DNA of 64,000 bases from positions 16,306,001 to 16,370,000 of the forward strand of contig OZ249452.1 of NCBI GenBank assembly GCA_965235115.1, in the 5' to 3' direction. The position numbers were made by a program, and so were the translations under genes. Position 1 is the first letter of the stretch. Every line of letters begins with the position of its first letter. The notes under the pieces are model-generated. The model searched no databases. It was not told the DNA's origin and was given only the letters and a program-made list of their open reading frames with translations. Source of the stretch: Laetmonice hystrix. Taxonomy: Eukaryota. Shown in pieces: positions 24,961 to 37,620 of the stretch.

Positions 24961-27900
24961 TATTCAAGTCCGGCAATATGTACTTACTTATTGCTGATGG
25001 TCTAAGCTGTGCATGAGATAAGCGTTTAATTTAGTACAGTTTTTTTAAGGCAAGCAAAGATTTGTCAGTTGTTGAAATGATCCAAGTAAATATCGACTCA
25101 CCTAAAACCACCTCCAGATAATGATTGCCTATAACAATATTCAATAGGAAGCCACAAAAGGAAGTCGTTTGGCTTCCATCGAGTTCGTGAAAATTCAGAT
25201 CGACCTTTCGTGACGCAACTAAGACGCAGGGACGTCACGTGACGTAAAGAGGCGAAGGGTAATGTAGGAGGGTGGTCAGAGGGGCCCTCTCTGACGTCAT
25301 ATCATGGTCTTCGCCTCCACAGATCGATAGATACCCGCCGTGGGGTTAATTCTTCCTCACAAGTTCCCGTCATGCACCACGAACAATCTACCGGCGTCCG
25401 CTCCGGCCTGCCGAATTGTAGCGCATGCGCAGAAACCACCGCCCCTTGCCGCAGCTGAAACCACCACCACCTTCTCCACCTCGTCCTCCTCCTCGCCAGA
25501 CTGGACAAATAAATTCTGCTCTTTTGAAGTGATCAAGAGTCGGATGGAATGTGTTGGACGAGACGAGAGGGTTGTGCACAGAGCTCGTGGTTTAGGTCGT
25601 GAAATGGTTGATATACATGTCTGTGAAATACACAATCTTCTGTTCGCCTTCACCGCCAACCATGACGGGTGTACGTGATGGCTTCAGACGATCACTCCAT
25701 TTCAAGTTCGAAATAAACAAACAGTATGAAGTGATAGTATATCGTGAGGGTGGGTAAACCCAGCGAGCACGTCCCGTACGTCGGGCGTGGAGTGTTACTA
25801 CTGCTGCTGCTGTATACCGGCCAGTGTGGGAGGATGTGTGGGCTTCGCCGGGCCGGGGGACCCGCTCTGTCGGCCGGGCACGAGAGGAGGGGGCAGGACT
25901 GCCTGATAACTTTATCTCTCTCAGATAAATCCGCATAATTAATCACCAACACCTTATCCCCCTTGAGGCTCATCCTAGAAAAGAAACATGGTCCCTCGAA
26001 GAAACCAGTACCCCCTCCCTCGTCGTGCCCTACCCCACCCTCTCTCATCTTCACCCCGGCCCATTTTACCCGATGTTCCACCCCTTCCACGCACCACAAG
26101 CATGAGTTTGCCCACACGCCGGCTGGGATAAGGCTATAATACCAAGCATAAGTTCCTGACAGGCTGTCGCCAGCCAAACCCTGGCTATCATATAATGTTC
26201 TGTGAATGTTAAGGAGAGGAGGGGGTCATCCCAACCAACCCCCTCCATCGGGGAGACAGGGGGGTAATCCCACAAACCGGGGTAACATTGGTGGGCCCCC
26301 CACCCCCACCCACCCACAGTAAACATACCGACCATTTGTACGAACATCAAGTCGTGTCGAGCCGACCTCTAACGAGGGCCACGTAAAGAGGGCCATGTAT
26401 CCCTGGCCCGCCCTCTGGCGGCGCCCGGGAACCTCATCAAAGGTGCCCCCTGCAAAGTACAACTTATAATATCAGCTGGAGCCCCCTCACACCCCAACCT
26501 ACCCCACCCCACACCAACAGCCACAGGACGGTAAGTGAAATTTCTGCTGGTACCCTCCTGGATGGACCCTTGAGCTGCTGAGAGAAATCCGAAATGGTGG
26601 ACGACAGGGGGGCGGGGTGATGGAAAATTAAAGATATACGATGCCAACACCCTTCTCCGAGATCGGCTGAATTCCCGGAAGGTCCTTGAAGATAGTTTGG
26701 CCATCGGTCGGCAGGTGGCACTCAGCCCGCCGCTGGCGCCCCCCCCCCCCCCGCCCACACCCCACCGCCCACCCCGGCCCCACCGGCCACGCCTCTCGGC
26801 CCTGTGCCAGCAGGATAAGTGACAGTCAAAGAGCCACAGAGATACGACCAACCAGCTCTACCGCTGCTAAACAGCTACTATAAAATAATATAGGACCACT
26901 CATATATCCACTACTTGTATCTATTTAGCACTCAGATAGAGGGCCATCTCATCTTACTCCATGCCCGGAGGGGGATCACACACCCCCCCCCCCCCACATA
27001 TGGTTTATATGTCATCCAAGTTAATAGGGTTGTCCCGCAGGCTCAGCAAAGCTTGTACCACCACATCATGTCGGCAGGAGTCAATGATCACATTGCACTC
27101 TACCAAATACATGCTCGAGACAAGGAGTTCAAAGAGGAGCTGGTTACTCCATGTATAATCTATTTATAGCCAAGGGTAAGCATATTTGTCTTGAGAAGTG
27201 CTCAAACGTGCACGCATGCGCGTTCCGTGTTCTATCCCTTCTAACAGAATCACTTCGTCAGATAGAAAAATAAACGGTTAGCGAAAACAGTAAATCGTTC
27301 TTACGGAAATAGAATAAAGCAACGTTGATTCGTGCAGGAAAGTTTATTTCCCGATTATCGTTCTGTGACCGGTTGGTGGCGCTGGCAGTCTCCGATAGGG
27401 GGCGCTGAATGAGGGAGTTTCTGCTTAGACCAGAAAATCAGAGAAGTAAAGTGTAGGTTATCCAGCAACTTACTTTTGAAATACCGGAAGCTGCCATGAT
27501 TCGTGTTGGCTTGTTTCTTTCTTTGTTTCTTTCTTATTTTTGTTTTTAATTTATGGAAACAGGAAACATTATCATGTACATGTCTACGTGTATAGAGAGG
27601 AGCAAATGTTTTATTTCAATAGCTTGTAATTACATCAGTATCTGTCCATGCTTCTATGTCACCCCAGGGTTCTGGTTTATACTATTACTCCCGATAAAGG
27701 CTCACAAGTAGGCCTACTTCCAAGTTGCGCCTGGTCATGTCGTAGCAGTAAGATGATTTCAGTTTTTATTTAACTGACGATTTAAGTGATGATTTAAGTG
27801 ACCTTGTGATTTACGCTTAAATCGCTTCAGCTCTTTACGAGAAATTATCGCGAAAGCGAGAACCGGGCCTCGTAATCGTGAAACGCTAGCCTTGACCAGA

Positions 27901-28458
27901 CGCTTAGCGCTCCTAGTGGGCACTGGGGAAACCACCTATCTATATCGAAGCATCCCATCCAAAACTGTCATTTCCGAGAGTCCATGTAAGACACATACAC
28001 GTAATTTGCACCCTGATACCTCAGTTATCAAAACGTATAAATGACAAATGGCCTGGACTCTGTGCGACCGGAAGCCAACATTTAACTCCATGAGAGGCGT
28101 TTAGCGAGCCACTTACACATGTCCAATGTATGCACGTCACGAGCTTCACAGTGTGAGAGTGAGTACACATAACACTGAATGGTTACATAAGTAGACCAAG
28201 AGCTCAGTCAGTCAGAGACACGACTTGTGATTAATGAAAACTGACGTATGCCAACAAGTACCGGTAAACTAGACTGTCATAGACTGGGTCTATATCAGCA
28301 TGTGGCCACTCTCAGACAACCAACCTCCACTTTGTACGGAAAATATAGTGAAATTTACAAGGCAAATCTGGTTTGAGGAATGGGAATGGAAGAGGAAGAC
28401 ATAGGAAGAAGAACTCCCTCAGAGATGTGACAATTATAAATTATTTGGTTCCAAAAAA

Positions 28459-28668
28459 TCAAACACACGCCCCGGTCAATCTAAGATATAAAACACACGC
28501 CCGGTCAATCTAAGACATCAAACACACGCCCGGTCAATCTAAGACATCAAACACACGCCCTGGTCAATCTAAGACATCAAACACACGCCCGGTCAATCTA
28601 AGACATCAAACACACGCCCGGTCAATCTAAGACATCAAACACACGCCCCGGTCAATCTAAGACATCAA
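28459..28668. repeat. 29-30-bp minisatellite, ~7 copies
   Basis: AAACACACGCCCGGTCAATCTAAGACATC. Confidence 0.93.
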
Positions 28669-28740
28669 ACAATATCAATTGTGGTCTTCGGTAATGTACA
28701 ATGATCCGAAATGTCTGCGGTAATTATAATATGATCCATA

Positions 28741-29227
28741 ATGTCTGCGGTTTGCGGTAATACAATAATATAAGATGTCTGCGGTTTGCGGTAATACAAT
28801 AATATAAGATGTCTGCGGTTTGCGGTAATACAATAATATAAGATGCCTGCGGTTTGCGGTAATACAATAATATAAGATGTCTGCGGTTTGCGGTAATACA
28901 ATAATATAAGATGTCTGCGGTTTGCGGTAATACAATAATATAAGATGTCTGCGGTTTGCGGTAATACAATAATATAAGATGTCTGCGGTTTGCGGTAATA
29001 CAATAATATAAGATGTCTGCGGTTTGCGGTAATACAATAATATAAGATGTCTGCGGTTTGCGGTAATACAATAATATAAGATGTCTGCGGTTTGCGGTAA
29101 TACAATAATATAAGATGTCTGCGGTTTGCGGTAATACAATAATATAAGATGTCTGCGGTTTGCGGTAATACAATAATATAAGATGTCTGCGGTTTGCGGT
29201 AATACAATAATATAAGATGCCTGCGGT
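28741..29227. repeat. 34-bp minisatellite, ~14 copies
   Basis: ATGTCTGCGGTTTGCGGTAATACAATAATATAAG, period 34, abutting the 29-bp array. Confidence 0.96.
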
Positions 29228-29980
29228 GATGCTATAGATGATGGTGTTTCGGCACGGACCACACCGCGAGCTGATACCTGAACCCGGAAACCCCCCACCG
29301 CGCACGCGCGCATCCATACTCGTCTCCTTGACACCCGCTAGGGGAGCCACTTGTCACTCTCAGACTGTTAGAGGAGGCCCTATATTGGCCGCCTTTTGAC
29401 AGGCTCTAGAATTTCACTTTCACTATCAGTCTTTAAGTACAAGATACATTAAGTAACAACCTTGAGTTTTGATGGTCCATATCTTGGAAATATGCTCTGG
29501 GTTCACGGAGGTCTACAAATCGATATCCTCGTGAAGTTCTTATTCCACTTCTGCAATATGTTCTAGCTTACCCTTCTGAGAGTAAAATAGTTTTCAACTC
29601 AAATTGATTTCACTACAACGTACTCTGATCACAATAGGACAAGATATTCCTAGGTCTGAGTGGACTGAATCCGGTGACCCCGGACTCGGAGGTCAGGGGA
29701 AGATTTCGTTCCGGTTCAACTGAATCAAAGAGATCAGTTCCGGGTGAACTGTGCCGATGGTCTGACAATAGGTCAGATGATGAGTCGGGTTGGTTTCTAT
29801 GGTTACTGGCACATTCCTGACTGAACCGGACAGGTTGCTAGGAGCTGACGTCTTGGGGTACACCCCGGGGTCGGGGTATGGGTCATGTGTGGAGGGTAGG
29901 GGTTGGGGTGGATGGACATGGCGGGGTTACAGGGGTAGAGACGCGGCAAAAACCTGCTCGTGGACAAGTTGAAGGCGCTA

Positions 29981-30500
29981 TACCTCCTACCTATCTACCG
30001 GGCTACCTACCTACCTACTATACCTACCTACCTACCTGCCTGCNNNNNNNNNNNNNNNNNNNNNNNNNNNNNNNNNNNNNNNNNNNNNNNNNNNNNNNNN
30101 NNNNNNNNNNNNNNNNNNNNNNNNNNNNNNNNNNNNNNNNNNNNNNNNNNNNNNNNNNNNNNNNNNNNNNNNNNNNNNNNNNNNNNNNNNNNNNNNNNNN
30201 NNNNNNNNNNNNNNNNNNNNNNNNNNNNNNNNNNNNNNNNNNNNNNNNNNNNNNNNNNNNNNNNNNNNNNNNNNNNNNNNNNNNNNNNNNNCTACCTACC
30301 TACCTACCTTCCTGCATGCATGCATGCCTACCTGCTGTCTCTCTTCTTGCCTACCTGCCTACCTACATACCTACCTACCTACCTATACCTACCTTCCTGC
30401 ATGCATGCATGCCTACCTGCTGTCTGTCTTCTTGCCTGCCTACCTACCTATACGTACATATCTATCGATTTACGTATCTAATTATCGACTTAACCTCACC
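29981..30500. repeat. (CTAC)n/(CTGC)n/(CATG)n microsatellite interrupted by an N gap
   Basis: Direct reading. Confidence 0.9.
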
Positions 30501-31010
30501 TACCTATACCTATACCCACATACATAAATACTTACACTTACCCATAGATACTACATGGTGCGCACACATACATAATGCCATATATAATATATGTTTACCA
30601 GCATACATAAACATATGTTATATACCTAGATGAGCGTATTGTTTACGTGACATACATTTTCGTAGATTTATCGTGAGACCCTGGAGCAAACCGTCCAACC
30701 ATTGCCCAGACCTGATAGTATACCCAGGTTATAAACCCGGACTGCCACCAGGGGGCCTTCTCAGATGTAGTCGGATGCTCAGCGACTTGCTTGGCCAGCA
30801 GGGGTCGCTTGGTACAGGGTTCTAATTGACCTGCTCGACGACAGGGGGCGCTTTGGAGTAAGGTGGTCGAAAACGACGCGGTTCGACGTGGCTTCCCACC
30901 CCGGGGGTTTATATCACATTTCGAAACAAGTTACGGGGGAGAGAATGATCGAGCTGAGCGGTATCTGTGAGACTATGACCAACGTGTAAAATAATGACAT
31001 TAACTTGGGT

Positions 31011-32155
31011 GGAGGCAGGTGTGAGGATAAGGAGGCAAGTATGAGAATAGGGAGGCAGGTATCGGAAGATAGGGAGGCAGGTATAGGAAGATAGGGAGGC
31101 AGGTATACATAGGAAGATAGGGAGGCAGGGGCCAGTTTTACTAAAGGTCCTTATTTAAGGACGTCGCTAATTTAACATAGAAGTGAATGGTTGCTAGGTC
31201 GTTATTTTGGACCTAGCAACCCATTCACTTCTATGTTAAATTAGCGACGTCCTTAAATAAGGACCTTTAGTAAAACTGGCCCCAGGTATAGGAACATAGG
31301 AGACAGGTATAGGAATAGGCAGATAGGGAGGAAGGTATAGTAATGGAGGCAGGTATAGGCAGATAGGGAGGCAGGTATAATGAGAGGGAGCTAGCAGGTA
31401 GGAAGATAAGAAGTCAGGCAGGAAGATAGGGAGGATGGTAAGATAGGGAGGCAGGGAGGGAGATAGGGAGGATGGTAAGATAGTGAGGCAGGGAGGGAGA
31501 TAGGGAGGATGGTAAGATAGGGAGGCAAGGAGGGAGATAGGGAGGATGGTAAGATAGGGAGGCAGGGAGGGAGATAGGGAGGATGGTAAGATAGGGAGGC
31601 AGGGAGGGAGATAGGGAGGATGGTAAGATAGGAGGCAAGTAGGGAGATAGGGAGGATGGTAAGATAGGGAGGCAGGGAGGGAGATAGGGAGGATGGTAAG
31701 GTAGGGAGGCAGGGAGGGAGATAGGGAGGATGGTAAGATAGGGAGGCAAGGAGAGAGGATGGTGAGATAGGGAGGGAGATAGGGAGGATGGTAAGATAGG
31801 GAGGCAAGGAGAGAGGATGGTGAGATAGGGAGGCAGGGAGGGAGATAGGGAGGATGGTAAGATAGGGAGGTAGGGAGGGAGATAGGGAGGATGGTAAGAT
31901 AGGGAGGCAGGGAGGGAGATAGGGAGGATGGTAAGATAGAGAGGCAGGGAGGGAGATAGGGAGGATGGTACGATAGGGAGGCAGGGAGGGAGATAGGGAG
32001 GATGGTAAGATAGGGAGGCAGGGAGGGAGATAGGGAGGATGGTAAGATAGGGAGGCAGGGAGGAAGATAGGGAGGATGGTAAGATAGGGAGGCAGGGAGG
32101 AAGATAGGGAGAATGGTAAGATAGGGAGGCAGGGAGGGAGATAGGGAGGCAGGCA
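31011..32155. repeat. Purine-rich G/A minisatellite (alternating ~20- and ~17-bp modules)
   Basis: AGATAGGGAGGCAGGGAGGG / AGATAGGGAGGATGGTA modules; strongly strand-skewed. Confidence 0.93.
31129..31282. mobile_element. 154-bp palindromic MITE, PIF/Harbinger-like, with CAG target-site duplication
   Basis: Arms GGGCCAGTTTTACTAAAGGTCCTTATTTAAGGACGTCGCTAATTTAACATAGAAGTGAATGG(G)TTGCTAGGTC are inverted around a ~9-nt loop; CAG at 31126-28 and 31283-85; removing the element restores the host repeat GGAGGCAGGTATAGG. Confidence 0.85.
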
Positions 32156-33324
32156 AGCACCATCGCCTTGGTTATATCCTAGACTGACAACTGTCGACGA
32201 GTGTTGCTAGAATAATAAAGCACCATTCCTATCATGAACGGCACACTTTTGGTTTCGCCTGAACAACTCTGAACAGCTCTGAAGAACTCTGAATTCAAGT
32301 ACTGTCACCTCAGTAAGAGGCTCGATCCCAAGACGTCCTGAATGTATAATGGACTCTCCCTAATATCACAAACAACTCCCCTCACTGTCAGGTCACGTGA
32401 GTGCTTCCTTCCGGTCTCGTCTCGGCTACACGTGATCAGTTCATTATCGGAATGTGAGCGTGAATTCCTCTCAGCCTGTGAATTACGTCTGTGTAAAACA
32501 CGACAAATCCGCCACTGCAGGCCGTAGTTGAAGCATTAATAATGGCAGTATAAAGATGCTGTCGATGTTGTTTTTCTCAACTTGAAACATTGCAGAAAAA
32601 AATTGAGACGCAGTGACAAATTTAGCGTGAGGGGACGCTGCAGTGAGAAACGTCAACGTCGGGGAATGTCAATTTTGAGTGACCTGACCTGTGGCGAGGT
32701 CTCGCGATATTTGAGGATCACGTTACCGATTGGTTGAGAGTGGTTTGTCCGCCGACAGGGATCTACCATCGGTAAACACAGCAATCGGCGAGTTTAAGGA
32801 CAACAACAAACACGGTTGTTATGACAACAAATATCATCGGTTTCAAAGACTACTGTATACATCCGGGTTGTTGAAATTTACACCGCCATCGGGCGTCTCA
32901 GAATAGCAGCAGGCAGCAAAAGCCTCTGAATGGGAGTTACTCAGACGGTGGGGTGAGGGGGCTCCAGTCCTTTTGACAGTTAAGTCGTTGAAGATAAAAA
33001 TAAAGCCGAAAGGTATTTAATAGAAAAAAGTTCTTATGTTTCATAAACCAAAGTACAATCCAACACATCAAAGTTTCCTAGTTGGAGGACAAGACATAAA
33101 AAACGGCTGATAAAGAACTTTGTATGAATTATTGAAGGATGGTTTCTCAAAAATGAGGTTTTAATATTGGCGTGAACGGTTGGAAACTGTAGTTACCCCC
33201 AAACAAGCGTGCACTGTCTGAAAGTCTAATAGATATTGAATAAACAGTAGGGAGTAGCCCGGATGAAAGAACCGCCACCTGGTGTCAGATTCCAGCAGTA
33301 GATTAAAGGTGGTCTTCCCACGGA

Positions 33325-33535
33325 CAAATCTATCTACGTATAGAATGTGAGCTATATGTGTAAGAAAATATAATTCTATCTATCTGTAAAATGTGAGCTA
33401 TCTGTGTAAGAAAATATAATTCTATCTATCTGTAAAATGTGAGCTATCTGTGCAAGAAAATATAATTCTATCTACCTGTAAAATGTGAGCTATCTGTGTA
33501 AGAAAATCAAATTCTTTCTACGTGTAGAATGTGAG
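33325..33535. repeat. 46-bp tandem repeat, ~4.5 copies
   Basis: TAAGAAAATATAATTCTATCTATCTGTAAAATGTGAGCTATCTGTG, period 46. Confidence 0.88.
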
Positions 33536-34028
33536 ATGATTATTTATACATGAAAGGCACTTTGTTGAAATGACATATCAGAGGTCTTAACCCCTATCAT
33601 ATAACAATGGTTTTCTTAACTACACAAGCAAAGATCTTATCCCAAATCTGCTGAATGCCAACTGTGGACCTCATTCACGATTAATTAGTCGACTTGAATG
33701 TGTTAGGTTTCCCCTGAGTATTGTAGTCTTACAAAAACAAATAATGACAACAGAAAGCCGTAAAAAGGTTATTCGCGATAGTATTTCGTATAATGGTAGA
33801 TAAAATGGTACGGCTTGTTAGTACGACAGAGATTCAATGTCAACCAAGAGTCAATTCAGGCGGGAAGCAAACGTCGCATCGTAGTTACATCGATGACTCA
33901 GAGATCTGTGAAAGTCTAAACATGATCTGCTGTGGTGATTATAGAATACTAACTATGTCTCTCTATTATGTCTGTCTCTTCTCCGTCTCCTTCTCCTTCT
34001 CCTCCACCTTCTCCTCCTCCTCCCCATT

Positions 34029-34061
<33 letters not shown>

Positions 34062-34189
34062 TATCCCTGATTTAAAAAGAAAATTTTAAATGATAGCCTA
34101 TAGTTTTCTCTACGGTTAGAGATACCTGACAACAGGTTACACCAATAGAGCATTGGGAATTGTTTCAGTATCGGTGTTTCAGGCAGTAA

Positions 34190-34367
34190 ACCATAATCGT
34201 AATCATCACCATAATCATATAACCATTATCACCATAATCGTAATCATCACCATAATCATATAACAATTATCACCATAATCATCACCATAATCATATAACC
34301 ATTATCACCATAATCGTAATCATCACCATAATCATATAACCATTATCACCATAATCGTAACCATCAC
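34190..34367. repeat. CACCATAATC(A/G)TAA-type low-complexity repeat
   Basis: Direct reading. Confidence 0.8.
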
Positions 34368-36419
34368 CAGAAGCACCCTTTCCTCCGCACATGATTTTGA
34401 AGGCACAGAAACCGCTGCCAGTTCAGACATACCATGATCCAATCTCCTCGCTTGGACTTTTTCATCAGGATCTTTTGGAAATGATTATAAGTCATAAACG
34501 TTCTCAGCGGACCGGTATGGGAGAGGTGTCGAGAAGTGATCATGTTTCTAACAGTTCTGTGTTCATGTTCTGTTCAGGTCTCCCAGGGGTTAAGAAGTCA
34601 CCAATGACTTTGACCTGTATGAAACCAGCCAGGATAGTGTCTTGACTCCTCTTGTACGGGTGCATGTATCCAATAATTTCCCATGTACGCAGGCAGACCT
34701 CGGCCCACCCAAGGGGAATAGTGGGATGGAGGTGGTGACATAAAAATTTAAAGTATAATACATGGCCAAAAACCTGTCAGGAAACTATAAGATTTTCCCT
34801 CTTAATTCGTCGCTCCTTTTATCCTTCTCGTGCTCCATGGCCACCTAACCCCAAGATCCAAGACCCCACGCCACAGACCACAGACCCCACTCAGACCAAA
34901 GCCCCAGACCCCAGCCCCAGAAAATGACAAGGTACAGGAAGTATCGCGTCCTTAAGCCCCTCAATACCACCCAGTTTTAGTGAGCTGGGGGTATTGGCGT
35001 GAAGTTCGCGAAACTTGCCGGGAAAACGCGCAGCACTAACCCTCTAACACAATCACTCCCGTACATGTCGGTGACAGCCGTGGAGGAGCGAATAATTGAT
35101 GGAACGCTCCGGGACAGCCTGGAGGAGCCAGGTCCTGGAGGCGCGGAACATTCGGCCGCTGGTGTAAACGTTGAAGGCGTGAGGGTGTTGTTGGCCAACA
35201 TCCTCGGAGACCACACTGGATGAGGGTTCCTGCTTGTGTCTCCTGTACCGGCTGGATGACCTCCCAGACAGACAGACCGATCTCCAGGTACCAGCCGGCC
35301 ACCTTTACCGACCAGACAGAGCTTAGAGGTGGCTACAGAACTCAACCCGAGCATCAAAGACCAGTTCTCACATAGATCATACACCAACTATACCCCCAGC
35401 CCGACCTCAGCGCCTTCAACTTCGCCGCTCTCTCATACATAACGCCGGCTAGTTTTTTCTTGTAACAGACATTTGGTAATTTTCTTGTTGGTTCTGGATG
35501 GATGCCGCTGGGTGCACACAATCAGACTGTCTTTAATCAGTGGAGATGTTTGATGAGAAAACTTTCTGTGGTCATCCCGCCATTGTCTGCGAGCACGCAT
35601 GCGTGATGCGCAATGTGTGACCGGATCTACTCCAACTCGTGTCAGACAACGCGCAATGCTCAAACTACCAGATCGACAGGCGGTATACTCAAACTACCAG
35701 ATCGACAGGGGGTCACACTCTCTGTAGGACCAGAATGATCACTGATTGACACCTATTGTTGCCTGTATTTTGTGGTTATTAGTTTATTAGTCGTGCTGTC
35801 GACTCAGTGCTAACAATGACGAGGTACACACCTAGCGGCGCGTGACGGAACTAACACTGATCTCGTACTGGTTCACGGAGCTTGTGTTATCTTCAGACGA
35901 GATCCTAGAGGTGGACAGGCCGGACAGGCAGGACAGGCGGACAGGCGGGTAGGACAGACAGACAGACGGTCTACTCTATACTATATAGTGGCTGGCAGAT
36001 TTTTCCCGTGATTTACCGCAGAAGTTTAAGTTTTAGTGCCACAAGCCTTGGACTCTGTGGAGGATTAACTGAAGGATTAACTGAAGGATTAAGTGGATAT
36101 TAAGTGGGGTCGGACAGCACCCCTAGCTACCCTCCACCCCACGCCACCTACCACGTGGATCCGCCACTAGTATACCCTTCTCCTGTTATCTATATTAATT
36201 AGCCATTGCTACAACCATGGCAGCCCTACCAGCCGTACCGGTCTCACGGAAGGGGGGTGTGATAAGGGGGTGAGGGGTTGAACCCTGTGCTCGTTTCTCA
36301 GGCTCTCACCCCTCTACTCTCTCCCACCCTAAGGACCGGGGTGAGTTTAGAGCATCCCTGATCGGAAAGTTGAAATAATCAGTTCAAACTCTGCTCACCT
36401 CTGAGGGTCTGACCGTGTG

Positions 36420-36859
36420 AAGTTGTGAGAAGGGCGGGAATCTGTTGATGTCGGCGGGTCGGGCCAGGGACGGAGACTGTGCCGGGAGTAGCGGGGAGCA
36501 GCGCCCGGTCTGAGCGTGACGAGCGGCCGGGCGGTCGTCCCGGGGACGTGAGGGGTTCAGGCCCGCCGACAGACCGCGGACTGGAGGGTTCTCCCCCCGG
36601 TAGCTACCCTCACCGTGTCCCGGGGAGACGGGCGGAGTTCACCTCGGTACCCACCCCCACCGTGTCCCAGCGGAGGGCGGGGGGCTCACCCCAACAACCC
36701 CACCCCAACGTCTTCCTCGACGGATAATCTCACCTTGATATAGGCCTAATCTGTTACTATAGTAACCTCCATGGAGATCAACCTCCTGGCTAAACCACGC
36801 CCTCGGGGATCATCACACGGATTAACGGATGAGCCGTTGGATTAAGCTGTTTGCCTGTG
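36420..36859 (+). promoter_or_regulatory. GC/CpG-rich promoter and 5' UTR of Wnt10
   Basis: CpG-rich block with GGGCGG boxes (e.g. ~36431) directly upstream of the predicted exon 1; TSS not determinable. Confidence 0.5.
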
Positions 36860-36924
36860 ATGTTCCTGGACATGATGACTCAGCATTTTGTGGGAGTGTT
36901 ACTGCTCGGGTTTGCCGTGTACGG
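36860..36924 (+). CDS. Wnt10: Wnt10 exon 1 (signal peptide; predicted, not in ORF track)
   Basis: First in-frame ATG after an in-frame TGA (36830); MFLDMMTQHFVGVLLLGFAVY(G) is hydrophobic; strong donor GG|gtaagt in phase 2 matches the phase-2 acceptor of exon 2. Alternative starts at 36872/36875. Implies a 15.6-kb intron 1. Confidence 0.7.
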
Positions 36925-37620
36925 GTAAGTTTACGGTAATTTTATTCCCATAACCCGCGATAGTCGAGTAACAGCTTGAACTTACGGAAATATACCGACT
37001 ACACCAGATACAGAGATCCTAATACACTCAGGTACAACATCACCCACCAACAACCCCACACATCAACATGTATATAATACATCCACAACACCATTATGTT
37101 ATCGTCACGTGTCGTATATATACGAACACCCCAGTTTTTCTGCAACCACTAAAAGTAGACGCCACTGATGCCAAGGTGTTTTGAAATGAATAGAAATGAA
37201 GGCCTATAGCTCCTATTTGTAAACCATCGGGCATGTGTCAAAAACATCAATTTCTTCTTTGCACGTAGAGAAGATCACGAAAAGATTTCTCAAACATATA
37301 ATTTATTTGGTTGTGTTATTTTCCAATGGTTTGCCAGACGATTAGCGTTAGGCGGATATATATTATAAGGTGTATAATATACGGGTCCCTTTAGGATGTA
37401 AGTACGTTTGGAGGTGATGATGTGGGCCAGAGACTCAGACCCCCTGCACTGACCCCCGTACCCCAGGTAGACGTCAAATCTAACCCCCCATTAATTCACC
37501 CCATTAACCTGACCCCCGGGGCGGGGGGTGGGCGGGGGCGAACCTTCACATACAGTTCCCGTATCTTTGTATAATTAAATCATCCTGTCATCTATTGTCT
37601 CAGGCCCTGTCTCTGGCACA

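Noticed and set aside
28665-32163. Long ORFs over the 34-bp, CTAC and purine-rich repeats
   Set aside because: Translation products of tandem repeats in several frames; no domain content.
34977-35387. 136-aa minus-strand ORF and overlapping ORFs as an additional gene in the spacer
   Set aside because: No recognisable motif and no convincing splice partners; a BLASTX/HMMER hit or RNA-seq coverage would reopen it.
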